This document shows, in pieces, positions 12,420 through 25,356 of a DNA stretch of 64,000 nucleotides (position 1 is the stretch's first letter; every line of letters starts with the position of its first letter). The DNA is taken from NCBI RefSeq assembly GCF_011386835.1, contig NC_088794.1:133858001-133922000 (forward strand), given 5' to 3'. Below the pieces are notes generated by a model. It was not told where the DNA came from. It ran no database searches and saw nothing but the letters and a program-made list of their open reading frames with translations. Source of the stretch: Chrysemys picta bellii (taxonomy: Eukaryota). Position numbers and translations under genes: made by a program.

Positions 12420-12593
12420 CTCAGCTCTCGGAAATAAGGATGCTGTAGTGCTTGGTGGGCACCAATTCTCTGATCAGGATCGTATTCTATCATCGCATAC
12501 ATAAGGGAGAGGCTCTTGGGGGAGATATTAGGCACATGTGGAGATAGTCCTGTCCCTTTTTTAAAGGGGAAATCAAAACTCATAGCTCTTGAC
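12420..12593 (-). CDS. MOK: MOK coding exon 9 (SRAMSFDFPFKKG...ALQHPYFRELR)
   Basis: 174 nt, AG/GT; kinase subdomain XI YDPDQRIGAHQALQHPYF. Confidence 0.96.
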
Positions 12594-13259
12594 CTGTGTT
12601 AAACCCAGTAATAGAGCAAACACTTATCATTCATGTAAACTGCCTCCAAATATTAAACTTACTGAAAAATACCTAAAAGGTCAATCTAATCTGACTAGGG
12701 ACAGTAATTAATCACTATGTTTTTGAAAACGGAAATAATTAAGAAGCACTGAAATGACAGAATTTCCTTCCTTATAAAATTATCACTGACATGCTAGATG
12801 TTGCAGAGGTAAACTGCCAGGTGAGACCTAGAATACAATTTTGATTTGCTCTCATCTGCCTGGGAGCATCACAAAGGAACTGCCTCTGGGTAGGGAGAGA
12901 ACCCCTATCTGACAACTGGCATGAAGCAGCATTACATTTGTGGAGGAGGAAAGTCCCCTTGACCACAAAGTTTGTGCAGCAATGGTTCAGCTGGTATAGG
13001 CTGCAGGACACAAATCCCTGATGTGGGTAAGAAAAAACTGCTCAAGTTTCCTCTCCCCTCAACTTGAAATCTTGTGAGATCAGAAAATTGCATTTAGGAA
13101 TTACACTTAAGACAGACTTAAGTATTTACATATTAATTAATATTAAGATATATGACAATGACTATATTTAGATTTAAGTGTTCACAATAAAAGAGCTGAT
13201 TGTGAAAACTGCTAGATTTTATTTAGATTAATAAATATGGGAATGTACTACATACTTAC

Positions 13260-13361
13260 TGTTTGAATTTATTAAGAGTTTTCTTAGCAGGGGTGCCTAG
13301 AATATCATGGATTTTTGATATTTGGTCCAATTCATTAGAGCCAGGAAAGAGAGGGTGGAAA
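13260..13361 (-). CDS. MOK: MOK coding exon 8 (FHPLFPGSNELDQISKIHDILGTP...)
   Basis: 102 nt, AG/GT; PLFPG-x-NELDQI motif. Confidence 0.96.
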
Positions 13362-14715
13362 CTGAAAGATAAGAAATAAAATTGGCAATACTAAAAGTGA
13401 TTTAAACTAGTTCTAATGGAATGACTGCCACTGTGTGGTGCTCTGAAAACTGACAGACTGTTTTCAGACTGCATTTCATACTGGTCAGCTATAGGAGAGC
13501 AATGTGTTAGATTATTGCCCACACTTCTGGTGGGAATGGGCAAATCAGTTCAGGCAAAAGAACAGTCTCTAACCTGACCTGCCCCCATTCCCACAATCTG
13601 TTTACAACAGAGTTTAGACATTCTTTGGCATTCACCTGGAGTATACTTACTTGCAGAGTTTTAAAGCTCAGCTGGTTTTTATGGGGATGAAAGTGTGACA
13701 TTTTATAAGAGAGTACTGTAGAGTTAGTTCATTTGGGGTCAGTTTTATTTTGTGGGAGAAAGGACACATTTGGGTTTTGTGTGTGTCAACTGGCCTCTGC
13801 CCAACATAAAATTAGTTATTTCTACTAGTTAGCAAGCAGCCAAAGCAGAAGGGCTGCCAGTTCATGTGGCAGGAGCAATAGCAGCTGTATGTCCTTGGTG
13901 AAGGAGGAGAGAGAAGCAAAAATACTGCCACTGCTCATTGCATACCAAACAAGAAGGTGGCAGTATGGGAAGAGGACAGAGCAGAATTGTTGCCATTGCT
14001 ACGGCACATAGGCAAGTGGAGGAGAAGGAAGAAAAGGAAAGCCTCACAGATCAGCTGCCTTTTCCAGAGCACAAGGATGTTTAGGAAATATTCACTGCCT
14101 TTTTTAACTATTTTCATGAATTATAATAATAATGGAAATTAAAAAGACTCTCTCCAGTTCTATAATTTCTTGCACACTTGCAGATCTCAATCAGCTGAAC
14201 AAGTTTTATTACAGCTTTCCCAAAACTCACTTTTGCATAGAGTCAAACTGTAAGGTCTGTTTTTTTCACAAAACAACCGGTAGAAAATGGGGTTTAACAA
14301 ACTTTTACAAATTAAATTGTGGAGTCGACTCTCATGTGACGGATTTCCTCTGTTGTTGCAAAAGAGTAAATCAGCAGAAGAGGCAAAAATATTAACATTT
14401 CAAATGTACTATCAAAACTGATGACTGCTATGCTCATGACAACAACAGTATGTTTACACTGCCATTGAAAGTGTGACTGTAGCACAGGAAGGCATCCCCC
14501 TGCTAGCTTTAATTTATCTAGCACTGGTAATAATGGTAGTGAAGACATGGCAGCATAGGCTAGCAGCCAGAGTACAAGCTGCCTGGAGAGCCTGGTATGT
14601 ACCTGGGTTGCTAGCGCATGCTGCCATGTCTACTCTACTATTGTTACACCACATGTACTAGATAGATTAAAAATAGCATTGGTAGGCTACAATCATATTT
14701 CACTTGCAGTGTCAG

Positions 14716-15690
14716 CATAGAATCATAGAAATGTAGGGCTGGAATGGACCTTGAAAGGTCATCAAGTCCATCCCCCTGTGCTGAGACAGGACGAAGTAAA
14801 CCTAGACTATTCCTGACTGGTGTTTGTTTAACCTGCTCTTGTAAACCTCCAGTGATGGGGATTCCACAACCTCCATTGGAAGCCTATTCCAGGACTTAAT
14901 TACCCTAATAGTTAGAAAGTTATTCCTAATATCTTACCTTAATCTCCCCTGCTGCAAATTAAACCGGTTACTTCTTGTCCTACCCTCACTGGACACCAAA
15001 AACAATGGATCCCCATCCTTTTTATAACAGCCCTTAATGTAAGGAAAGACTGGTATCAGATGTTTCTCCCCCACCCCAACCCAGTCTTGTTTCTCAAGAC
15101 TAAACATGCCCAGTTTTTTTTAACCTTTCCTCATAAATCAGGTTTTCTAAACCTTTTATCATTTTTGTTGCTCTCCTTTGGACTCTCTCCAATTTGTCCA
15201 CATCTCTCCTAAAGGGTGGTGCACAGAACTGGACAAAGTACTCCAGCTGAGGCCTCACTAGTGCTGAGTAGAGAGAGACAATTACCTCCCATGTCTTACG
15301 TATGACACTCCTGTTAATACACTGCAGAATGATAATAGCTTTTTTCACAATTGCATCACATTGTTGTTCCACTATACCCCACAGATCCTTTTCAGCAGTA
15401 TTACCATCTAACCAATTATTCCCCAATCTGTATTTGAGCATTTGATTCTTCCTTCCTCAGTGTAGTACTTTGCAATTATATTGAATTTTATCTTGTTGAT
15501 TTCAGACCAGTTCTCCATTTTGTCAAGGTAATTTTGAATTCTAATCCTATACTCCAAAGGGCTTGCAACCCCTCCCAGCTTAGTGTCATCTGCAGATTTT
15601 ATAAGCATACTCTCCACTCCATTATCCAAGTCATTAATGAAACTACTGAATAGTACCAGACTCGGGACTGACCACTGCGGGCTACTCCTG
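14716..15690 (-). mobile_element. CR1 LINE, 3' ~1 kb (RT C-terminal fragment, degenerate)
   Basis: Tail catagaatcatagaa; ORFs with KSADDTKLGG and [12 protein letters not shown]...[15 protein letters not shown]. Confidence 0.92.
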
Positions 15691-15989
15691 GGAGTATACC
15701 CTCAGTGAGCCATGCAGGACTCAGTGAGGAAAGGAAGAAAAAAAGTCACTATTTCCCAAACTAAGACATATTCAATCATGAAAAATATTACAAACAATAA
15801 AACATTTAGGGGGAATTAATTACATAAAGGCATGTGGCAATCTTACTTTCTGTTAAGCATCCAGCTACTTTATTGTTAATCTGCTATTATATATGTTTGG
15901 TGCCAAACAATACTTGATCTGTGCCAAATGTAACTTCCAGACTAGAGGCATGAAAGAGTTCTAGAAAACCATGGAAAACAACATTTATG

Positions 15990-16776
15990 CAGGGCCGGTG
16001 CAAGGATGTTTCGTGCCCTAGACGAAACTTCCACCTTGTACCCTCCCCAAGCCCTGCGGCAGCTCCTCCCCTCCCCCACCCTGACGCGCCCCCCCTATGA
16101 CAGCTCCCCCCCCCCCAGCCCGAGGAGCCGTGCGGCAGCTCCCCACCCCAGCTCACCTCTGCTCCACCCCCACCCCGAGCTCTGCAGCACCTCCCCCGCA
16201 GCAGCTCCCCACCCCCACTCCACCCTGAGGCACCTCCACTGTGGCAGCTCCCCACCCCCACCCAGGGAGCCATACGGCAGCTCCCCACCCCAGCTCACCT
16301 CTGCTCCGCCCCCTCCCCGAGCCAGTGGCAGCTCCCCACCCCCTCTCCGCCCTGAGGCCCCCCCACCCGGGAAGCCATGCAGCAGCTCCCCACCCCAGCT
16401 CACCTCTGCTCCGCCTCCTCCCCGAGCACGCTGTTGCTGCTCCACTTCTCCTGCCTCTCAGGCTTGCGGCGCCAATCAGCTGTTTGGCGCCCAAGCCTGG
16501 GAGGGAGAGAAACAGAGTGGGGCGGCATGCTCAGGGGAGAAGGCGGAGCAGAAGTGAGTTGGGGCGGGGAGTTTCCCTGCGTGATGCCCCCCCCCTTACT
16601 TGCTGCAGGTGGCCCTCCCCGCGCCCCCTTGCCCCAGCTCCCTCCGCCTAAATGCCGGCGGCGACCAGGGCGGCCAAAGATCCGGCCGCTGCTGTCGCCA
16701 TTGAAGAAAATGCCACCCCCAAAATCCTAGCACCCTAGGTGATCGCCTAGGTCGCTAATAGGTTGCACAGGCCCTG
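15990..16776. mobile_element. GC-rich hAT MITE with internal tandem repeats
   Basis: TIRs cagggccggtgcaa / ttgcacaggccctg; TSD catttatg / catttata; repeated gcagctccccaccccagctcacctctgctcc units. Confidence 0.88.
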
Positions 16777-16900
16777 CATTTATATTAACATAATATTACT
16801 CAGGCCATGTTCTGATTACATAATGAGTTGATCCTCAACTTGAAGTTTCTTTGACACTGAATAAATCAAATTCTTAATTTCTTTCTACTTAGCACTGTAC

Positions 16901-17079
16901 CTTGTGATTTCATAGAAAACACAGCCAGAGCTCCACATGTCCATTTTGTAACTATAGTAGCCATCTGTGAGCAAACACTCAGGTGCTCGGTACCAGCGTG
17001 TAGAGATATATTCTGTATATGGCTGCTTGGAATATACACTCCTACAAGATCCAAAGTCTCCTAACTTCAGGGTATCCTC
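16901..17079 (-). CDS. MOK: MOK coding exon 7 (EDTLKLGDFGSCRSVYSKQPYTEYISTRWYRAPE...)
   Basis: 179 nt, AG/GT; DFG, TEY activation loop, RAPE. Confidence 0.98.
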
Positions 17080-18214
17080 CTGCAAAAACACCCCAGACAA
17101 ACAAACAAACAAACTTATGTTGTCCAATAAATTAGAAAACGGTCAAATATTGAAGCAAAGGCAGGAAGCCTTCTGAAATACCTGAACCAGCCATTCTAAA
17201 TCTAATTATAGTTTGCTTTCGGTACTTTTAGGTTTTTTTTTTTTGTTGTTTTTTTAAAAGAGGAAAAGAGGTGATTTGGAATGTCAAATTGCATGTCTGT
17301 GTTTAAATGTTATTAAAAACCTATTCTCCAGCGACACTGAATGGGCCTATCAATGAAGCATATCTCAGCTATGGTAAATGTTTCATTATGGTAACAAATT
17401 GTAAAACTGCCCTTTAAATTGTAAGTGCCTCTGAAATTTAAGGCCATTTATGTCCCATAATACACACTAGTATCTTTCTGTACATTTTCACAAAAAATGT
17501 TAGAGATAACCATTAATAGTAAAATGTATTAGCTAGTCTTGAAGGGAAGGTTGCTAAAAGTGGCATATTTACATGAAGTTATTTTTTTGGTGTTCTCATT
17601 TTTAGTAGTCACATGATAGATATTTTCCTGGCTTTTCTTTCTATTAGTTCCTCTTCCTCCTTCTGGTTTCATTTTGGGACACACTAAGGACTTTGAAACA
17701 GTAAAATCTATCCCATAAATATAAATGAGCTGAATTCTGGCAACAAAACTACTAAACAACTCTGGGAAATAGGCCTTCTGCCAGCATTTGATAGTTTTTA
17801 ATACAGGAATCTTTCAAAAACAAAATCAACTTAAGGTCTCCTTGTGCAATCGTGTGAACAACTTCTGCCGACAGTAGGAGTTAAGCATGGAGAGAGAGGG
17901 CTGCAGGACTGAAATAGCACAGAAAGGAAAAAGTTATTAATAGATGAAAATGAGAATTTGTTTGCTTTCAGACTTAGCTGCAAATCTTACATCTGAGCTA
18001 TAGAACAAGAGAATCCATTTACGCTTTTATCCAATAGCAACAGAAAACATTTGTTCATTCACCGTTCAAGGAGGGGAGGGCACAAGACTAAAATTATATA
18101 CCGAAGAGTCAACTCTCGCTAACTATGAAAATTATACCTCTCTGTTTATTCTGAGAAACTAGTGTATGTACTTACACTTTTAGATTAGTGATATCATCTT
18201 ACAAGACTACTTAC

Positions 18215-18263
18215 CTTTATTAATATATTTTCTGGTTTCACATCTCTATGAAATATTCCATTT
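18215..18263 (-). CDS. MOK: MOK coding exon 6 (NGIFHRDVKPENILIK)
   Basis: 49 nt, AG/GT; HRD catalytic loop. Confidence 0.97.
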
Positions 18264-18407
18264 CTGCACCAATATAAAAATACCAAAAAGAACAACTCAA
18301 TGAAAGTATGAGCATATTCACTATGTTTCTAATTGTTTGTAGGCAATATTTAATTATAAGCATATGGCATACTTCTTGCAAGGTTACTGCTGAATTTAGT
18401 GTCTTAC

Positions 18408-18486
18408 CTGTGCATGTGATCAAGGGACTTGCATAACTGGTACATGTAGTTCATTATTTTTTTTTCAGGTAATGGCTTTCTCCTCC
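18408..18486 (-). CDS. MOK: MOK coding exon 5 (RRKPLPEKKIMNYMYQLCKSLDHMHR)
   Basis: 79 nt, AG/GT, phase consistent. Confidence 0.96.
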
Positions 18487-19523
18487 CTAGAATGTGGAAC
18501 AGTCAAATGAAATTTCAAGTTGTACAAATGCTTTATATCAGTGAGTAAGTATACAATAGAAGTAACATCTATTTTTCAGCTTCTGATAATGAATCCATAT
18601 TCCCTTCTTCATGAATAAGAAGAATTTGATTAACATTTTTATACTTGTCATACAAAAATAACACAATTGCAATCAGCATTTCATTTAAACTAGGACATAA
18701 GGTGAAGACAAACACATTTCAGAATACACCAGAATAGTCTGACAAGTGCAGCTGTGAATTTGACTGCCTATACATTGGCAGCTTTGGTATTGCGTGATTT
18801 TTCATAGTGTTGGGAGGGATTCTGTTCCAGAGAACGTGTGAGTATTATGAATGGTAACATAATATATCTATTTTTTCCCAATTGTATTATAGCAGAAATA
18901 TTCCATTCCAAACATATTGGTAGGCCTTATTTCCTATGTAAGCACTAAAGTAATGATACATAAGATTCAAGGTTTAGAAGGGATATAATCCTCTACAAGT
19001 GCACTGCCCAAAGTGTCTTATTCCTGTTTTGGTATGCAAATTACAGAACAACGTGTTCGCTTCAGTGGGTTTTACTGACATAGGTAAGACTGCTGACAAG
19101 CAAGACTACTCCATTTTTGTTTAGAGTCCTGAAGACATCTCATAATCACTTAGACTGTTTCCTTCTACAGGCCCGCTTGAGGCTTTGAGCTTTGCTGTAG
19201 TGCCTCTAAATAATGCTGTATTATTTATAATATCATTAGTAAGAAGAGAAAATTAGCAAATTCCTTAGAAAACGTAGTGACTTTGTTTAAACAAGTTTTA
19301 AATTACTTCAAAGTTAAATATAGTCTAACAATTCATTAACTAAAACTAACTTTAGATTATAATGCTAATTAATTATATAGCCAAACATGTTATTGCAAAC
19401 TTTGGATTTTCTATCTGTATTCATTCTTTGCCAAGTAGAACTGTTTGCCACGTAAAAATAAATGTTATACCTAAAAGAGTAAGACAATAAGAATTCTTTT
19501 CTTTAATGGCATTTGTATGGTCC

Positions 19524-20252
19524 TGTGGCCCCGCACTAGTACCGCAGGGGTTAACCTTTCCTTCCTAGCAGAGGAAGCCACGCCCCGGAAGCTCTGCTGG
19601 GCATGCTCCAACTGGAGAACAGGTATAAAAGCCTGCAGAACTGCTCAGTCTGGGCTGACTGCCGGAGGGGAAGGAGGCACGCTGCCAGCTCCTGAGGAGG
19701 GAAAGCCTACGCACCAGGATCCGGAGGCCAGCCAAGCCAGGACGCACTCTGACGCCCAGACGGATTACGTCACAGGAGGGGAACAGACCAGAGGACCTCC
19801 CGAAGTGGAGAACCCGGCGTTTATGGTAGGAAGTGACCCAGGGGAACTTTAGAGGCAAACGGCGTTAGAGCTGCAAAGATGCTCGGCGTGTTGCGGGTAG
19901 ATCCCCGCCGAGCTGGTGGCAAGGGGAACTTGCCACTACCAGGGCCCTGGGTCAGGATCCAGTGGAGAGGGCGGGCCCAGGTCCCCCTACCACCATGGGA
20001 ATCCTATGGACTTTGGCCGCTAGGCTGCACTGCTCCAACATGCGAGCAATTTATATGGACCCTGGCCATTGGGCCACACTGCCCAGACGTCTGGGGTGAG
20101 TTATCTGAACTCTGGCCGCTAGGCCCACTACCCCGACCAAGGGGTGATTGTGGGGAAGGAGACCATTAGGCTGCAACCATCTGCCCAAAGAGAGACGGGC
20201 ACATGAACTTGGGAGTGTCAAGGTTCCGAAACCCCATCCCACCCCTGCCACA
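19524..20252 (+). mobile_element. Solo LTR (probably Gypsy/Ty3-type)
   Basis: TG...CA termini with 6-bp inverted ends tgtggc / gccaca; 4-bp flanks gtcc / gtac; TATAAAA at 19624-19630; GC-rich against AT-rich intron. Confidence 0.75.
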
Positions 20253-20259
20253 GTACATT

Positions 20260-20420
20260 ACTGCAGTATCTGAGCACTTTCTCCCATTTGACAGATGATG
20301 AAACTGAAGCTTAGAAGTGAAATGGCTTTCCTAAGGTCACAAAAGAAGTCTACAGCTGAGCCAGCTACAGAACCAAGATTTCCAGATTCTCGGTCCAGTT
20401 CCTGAACCACAAGATGATTC
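20260..20420 (-). mobile_element. MIR-like CORE-SINE fragment
   Basis: cccatttgacagatgatgaaactgaagcttagaagtgaaatggctttcctaaggtcacaaaa matches the reversed MIR core pattern. Confidence 0.6.
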
Positions 20421-23400
20421 ATCCCCTTGTTGGTGTAAGAGTCTGCTGTAACACAGTTTTCTTTAAGACTAACCTGCAATATTTTTTTTTCAGAATTCTG
20501 CATAGGATTTAAAAAAAATAATCCGATTGGGTCCTTTTTTGCTTCTTTGATGTGTATAAAAGCCTGAAAACGTTTCCTGATTTGTTTTCTGATTTTTAAT
20601 TTTTTTTTACCATTGGGTATCAGGAATGTCAAATCTGGTCTTCCTTGATTTTGCTAGAGGACCTGTTGTACCTCTGACCATGTATATTGCGAGCACTCAC
20701 ACATTATTTGTAAGGGATGGGGTGTCAAATCTTTGATATGTTTAAAATTCCAAAATGTTAATTACTGAAGGTAATATGTATTAATAAAAACAATTTTAAA
20801 CAGTATGATTGACTAAAGATTCCTTCCCCAATAAACTGCTTGCTTTCATTCTCTTGACCCTTGATGTTTCTAGTTTGATAATTCTACCCTTAGTCAACTA
20901 TTCATAAGTCCCTAAGTCACTTAGGAATACAAATCACACAAATTGACAGGCATTTCTCAAAATTCCACATTAGTTTCCCAGTCACCATAATCCATGTAGA
21001 TTAGACAACAATGCTTGAAATAGTGGTGCATTTACACTAGGGATCTTAACAGTGCTGTCATCAGTGGAACTTAATTAGTGCTAGCAACAATGGGATTTTT
21101 TGAAAAGCTTTCTTAGTGTAGACAAGGTTACAGAGTCTTCCACATCAGACAAACTCTGAATTACTAACGTTCAAAACAGAATTAAAAAAAAAAAAAAAAA
21201 ATGTAGGCATCTTCATAACAAGGCACAAGCTCAACTGTTTTTCCCTTTGCAGGTCACCTTTTAGGACTGAACCAATGCTCTTCAGCTTTCAGAATTACAA
21301 CATTATAAAAGCTTAACTCAACTCAATAAATAATTATGAACAGAATCACAACAGGAAGATGTTACCTTGTATGTGGCTGCAATGCATTTGTATCCACGGA
21401 ATCTTCTCCAGATCTTAAGAGCCCTAACCTGCTTCCACTAAAGTCACTGGCAAAATTCCCATTGACTTCATGGGAATAGAGCTGCGTGTCTAGTTTGTAG
21501 ACAGTGAATGAAGGCACTCTATGGCACTAAATGTTCTATTCAGAACATAACTTTGTAAGGAAATTATGTCATAATTCTTTCTCCACTTGAGTAGTTTTAA
21601 AGACACTTTCAAAATAGTCCTACTCTGTATAACCAATGTTAATGTTTCTGTCAACCAGAATTTTTTCAGGAAAAAAAAAATAGGATTAATTTCCAAGACC
21701 AGTGCCACTAAGGAACTCAATAAATGCTGTTTTCCTAAACATTGCTGTTCCCACACACCTGTTCCAATTAGAAAAGTTTCTTCATTCCAAAACTTTGTAC
21801 AGACCAGCTGGTTCTAGACATTTGCTTCCCCTCTTTCATAGTCTCCACTGATTTAAAAAAAGCTTTTTGTAGTAGTTTTATGCCTTTCTCCAAATTATAT
21901 TTTGCAGGGTTCATAATTTTATTCAGAAAATTAAAGCATAATTAACACTAAAGAGATATTGTTTACTGGTAGTAATCCATATCTCTTCTGCACACTGAAA
22001 CAGTCTGAAATGTTAACTAGTTTGTGTGGGTGCACAGCTGTGGTGGTCTGCTCTCTGAGAAAGCATCAATAAAATAATATGTACAGCAGAGTGATATACA
22101 GATTAGCCATATGTTCCTTCTGCTTCAGAACAGTGCCGTTACAAAAGGAGATCTTTTTATGTAGTTGCAACTATCATCCAGATAATAGTCTCAAAGTTGT
22201 TGAATACTATACTTTTCAAAATTAAGAAGGATTAATTTACTTTCCAGTCCAACTGTGTGGTGGGAGCTTAACAGTGAACATTTTCTAGGTTTTAAAATAG
22301 CACGTCTCAAGTATTGCTGGGTTTTGTAGGTGTCCTTTCTTTTTGGTGGCTTTGTTTGTGGCTATTGCTAGTTCAAAATCAGAATTTCCATCCACAGTAA
22401 ATGTTGATATTTTGGCAGATGTGTTTCATTGAGACAAAGTTGAAATATTTTTTCCACAGAACAGAAAGTTCCAAAACAATTCAATTTGAAAATATAATAA
22501 AATGTTATCTTGCTGCCTCATGTGAAGCTATAGATCAGGTGCCTCATACCCCATTCTCCTCTATGACCCAGGCTCCCCATAGTACCTTTCCCATGATGTA
22601 CTACAGAAGTTAAACAAGAGATGAGACAGTGGTGAATCATGGGAAATGCAGTCCAGCCAGGCAGCCCAGCCCATAAAAAAGAACGTGGGCATGAGGTATC
22701 ATAGCAGCTCAGATGGATGCAGTTCAATATCAAACTGAACTAAACTGTAATGTTTCAATTTGAGTTGACCCAACCTGACATGAAATATTTTGGTTTTCCT
22801 AACAGAAAATCAAAAATGTCAGCAAACTTGGAATCTTCCTATGAAAAACTTTGATTTGGTAGAAACTGTTATCCATCGAATTACCAGTTTATATCCTGGT
22901 TTGTTTACCTGCAGCATCCACAGGTTTGGCCGATCACGGCTCCCATTGGCCGTGGTTCGCCATCCCAGGGCAATGGGGGCTACGGGAAGGAGCGCGGGCT
23001 GAGGGATGTGCTGGCCACTGCTTCTTGCAGCCCCCATTGGCCTGTGATAAGAAACAGGGTTATTCACCATTGCAAGAGGTCTGAAAGCATGGTCTCCTTG
23101 AAGCTAGTAGGAACTTTTCTCTAGATTGTAACTCAGCAAGCAACACTCTTATTTGCTTATTTGGGTTTTATAGCACCACTTATCATACCCTGGGCACTTT
23201 GGCTTTTCTAGTGACTATTTTAAATTTTGAAATCACCCTGCACATTCAACTTCAATAACAACCTCCCTAGCCCCAGCCAGCAACCAGTATCCAGCTCTCA
23301 AAGTGTCTATGCGGCCTAGTCTACATAGTTATGCCAGTACAAAAACTGTTGGTTAGGGATGTGATTTTTCTTTAAACGTATATAGTTATTAGTACAACCC

Positions 23401-24296
23401 CTTGTGTGGATGGACTTACCCAAGTATAAAGGTGCCATAGACCAGTATAGCTTATTCTCTTTCTCTTACATGAATAAACTACACTGATACAAGCACCACT
23501 ATAACTGTGTCCACAGAGTGCAGGGGGTCATATAATTAAAGCAGTACAACTTTTTTGTTTAGACAGTTCTAAAAATACATGACCAACACACTCTAGCCTT
23601 CCTCCACTTCGATTTACTGTCTTTAGTTACTGACAAATCATCCTACTGTCTTTTCCTGGAAACTCCTCCCATGGTCCTAATTCTTACACTGAAAAACAGC
23701 TGCTCTAGCATCAGAAGCTAGGAACTAATGTTTACAGAACATGAAGGAAGTTCCAGGTAGTAATGTGGCAGATTTCCTATATGGGGATAAGTTTAGCAGA
23801 AGCTGTAGAGGCTTCTGTTACTCTATCATGAGCCCTTCTTGAATAGACTTACCTTGGTTCTCAAACTTTATTATGTTTCAACTAGAAGATTTGCTACTTT
23901 CAAACAAAATGAGCACAATTTTCTTACCATTAAACTGGTAATTTCTACAATGAAAATGTATAATGTAATGAAATACAAACTTTCCATGCTTTACAATCAG
24001 GGTTGTTTCCCTGTTTTCCTTTCATGTTTGATCATGTATATTAATAGTGCTCTATAGAGTCACTACTCTGACTCATTTAAAAATAGACGTGTGCACAAGT
24101 TTCTAAATTTAAAATGTCTATATAGTATAGAAAACAGCCATAAAATAGTAGAAATGTCCCTAAAAATTGTACAATATACTCTTAAATTTCATACTATATA
24201 ACCATTACATGAACAGCCAAGTGAAAAGTACGATAAATGCCACTTTATGGTCTCTGAAAGAGAGGATTTTGAATGACTCAAACATGCTCTACATAC

Positions 24297-24367
24297 CTCT
24301 TATTAGCTCATAAATATTCATGTCCATAAGTTCACATATTAGGGCAAGACAGCCAGATTTTCTGTCA
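24297..24367 (-). CDS. MOK: MOK coding exon 4 (DRKSGCLALICELMDMNIYELIR)
   Basis: 71 nt, AG/GT, also seen in the ORF track. Confidence 0.97.
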
Positions 24368-24854
24368 CTGAAGAAACAAATAGGTTTTTTTTCTGAGCAA
24401 GAAATAAAATTATATTTGCATTTGTACAGAAAGTAGACAAAAAGTACTCCACTCAGCAAAAGAGTCAGTTTAACCATCAATAACGCAATTTGTAGTTTTC
24501 AGTTTCAACAAACCTTTACCTAGAGAAGCCTATTCAAATTGATTTATAATTTTAATTTACAATGGCATTTTTCCAAACTCTTTGCATCTGGCTCTCCTGG
24601 CAGGAAGCCTCCTTAGCTTTCCAAGTACTGTATGGATTTTACTCTAAGTATGGCACAATGATGCAGTCTGGAAGCTCCCAGTAAAATAGCAATAGCAAGA
24701 CATAATATAGCCATAAAGTATATGCTAAAAATTGATAAGAGATACAAAAGCATTGTGCCATATCTGAAAATATTTAATAGTTGAGCTGGGCCCAATATTG
24801 TTCAGTGTGGCCAAAATAAGTCACATTTTTAAATGAGTATGTCACTTTCTAAAT

Positions 24855-25356
24855 TCTGTGGATTCCCTGTAACTTGAAATCTTTAAACCATGATTTGAGG
24901 ACTTCAGTAACTCAGCCAGAGGTTAGGAGTCTATTACAGGAGTGGGTGGGTGAGGTTCTGTGGCCTGCAATGTGCAGGAGGTCAGACTAGATCAGTGGTC
25001 CCCAAACTTTTCACCTCATGCCCCCCTTTACCCCTGTCTGTGCCCCCACCCACCCCAGAGCCTGGAGTGGTGCCATGGCTCCAGGAGCGGGGGATGTGGA
25101 CAGGGGTAAGAGGACTGAGGCTGGGGCCACAGCTGGGGGTAAGGCAGTGGAGGGGAGAGACCAGGAGCAAAGCCCTGGGTGCGGAGCCGGTGGCCAGGGA
25201 CCCGGATATCGCTCCTCATCTGGAGGCTGGCCCGGGCCCTAGCCGCACCCCTCGAACGTTTCTCCATGCCCCCTTGCGCCCCACAGTTTGGGGAACTCTG
25301 GACTAGATGATCATTATGGCCCTGGTCCCTTCTGACCTTAAAGTCTATGAGTCTAT
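24855..25356 (+). mobile_element. CR1 3' end fragment interrupted by a hAT MITE
   Basis: CR1 tail ggtcccttctgaccttaaagtctatgagtctat; sequence resumes after the MITE at the duplicated gactagat. Confidence 0.75.
24993..25300. mobile_element. hAT (Charlie/Buster-type) MITE
   Basis: TIRs cagtggtccccaaact / agtttggggaactctg; perfect TSD gactagat (24985-24992, 25301-25308). Confidence 0.9.

Noticed and set aside
12830-13020. Complex, ancient-repeat-looking segment in MOK intron 8
   Set aside because: Could not be matched confidently to any recalled SINE consensus; needs a Dfam search.
15887-16730. Several overlapping Pro/Gly/Ser-rich ORFs, and the tandem units as a possible CRISPR-like array
   Set aside because: All lie within a GC-rich hAT MITE; units are degenerate with no unique spacers, and the DNA is vertebrate.
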